Below, piece after piece: positions 63,836 to 64,000 of a DNA stretch of 64,000 nucleotides (position 1 is its first letter; each line of letters opens with the position of its first letter). Source of the DNA: Octopus sinensis (Eukaryota); contig NC_042998.1 of the NCBI RefSeq assembly GCF_006345805.1, positions 113,212,001-113,276,000 on the forward strand, given 5' to 3'. The position numbers and the translations under genes were made by a program. The notes beneath the pieces were generated by a model. The model ran no database searches. It saw only the letters and a list, made by a program, of their open reading frames with translations, and was not told the origin of the DNA.

Positions 63836-64000
63836 AAGAGGATATTCACTGAGAGGAAAATCTACTCTCTCACACCAACAGACACTCCAATACTACTTAA
63901 ATGAACATCCTGTATTCTCTGCTCCTTGAATCATCACTACTATTACACCACTCCCACCAAACCTCACTTCGCTTCACTTACTCGTCTCCGATCCTCAGTA

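Overview
Eukaryotic, AT-rich, intron-containing DNA. The SINE families, RTE/CR1 remnants and microsatellites point to an Octopus (coleoid cephalopod) genome; this is inference. There are two convergent genes. (1) On +, a very large ZNF292/RLF/ZNF654-family gene. It has a candidate but frame-broken first exon at ~6.1-6.3 kb and clean GT-AG exons at 13248-13393, 15869-16089, 16551-16753 and 17964-18110. An exon ending at 20427 has a garbled 5' end. A 4.65-kb zinc-finger exon (21237-25888) is interrupted by a 148-bp frameshifting tandem duplication. A 13.5-kb terminal coding exon (30496-43988) encodes a ~4,500-aa Ser/Thr/Pro-rich tail with mucin/lubricin-like tandem repeats, an AT-hook and a Cys cluster. 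The reconstructed protein is ~6,300 aa. (2) On -, the last five coding exons of ribophorin I (RPN1), 63096 to the stop at 56790. The rest is SINEs, RTE and CR1 LINE remnants, a Chapaev3-like DNA transposon relic, TTAA-flanked MITEs, an intronic ~850-bp fold-back and micro/minisatellites. Several local lesions look like consensus or assembly errors, so the exon 1, exon 6 and duplication calls are provisional. I found no rRNA, true tRNA or CRISPR array. All family assignments come from motif recognition, not database searches.
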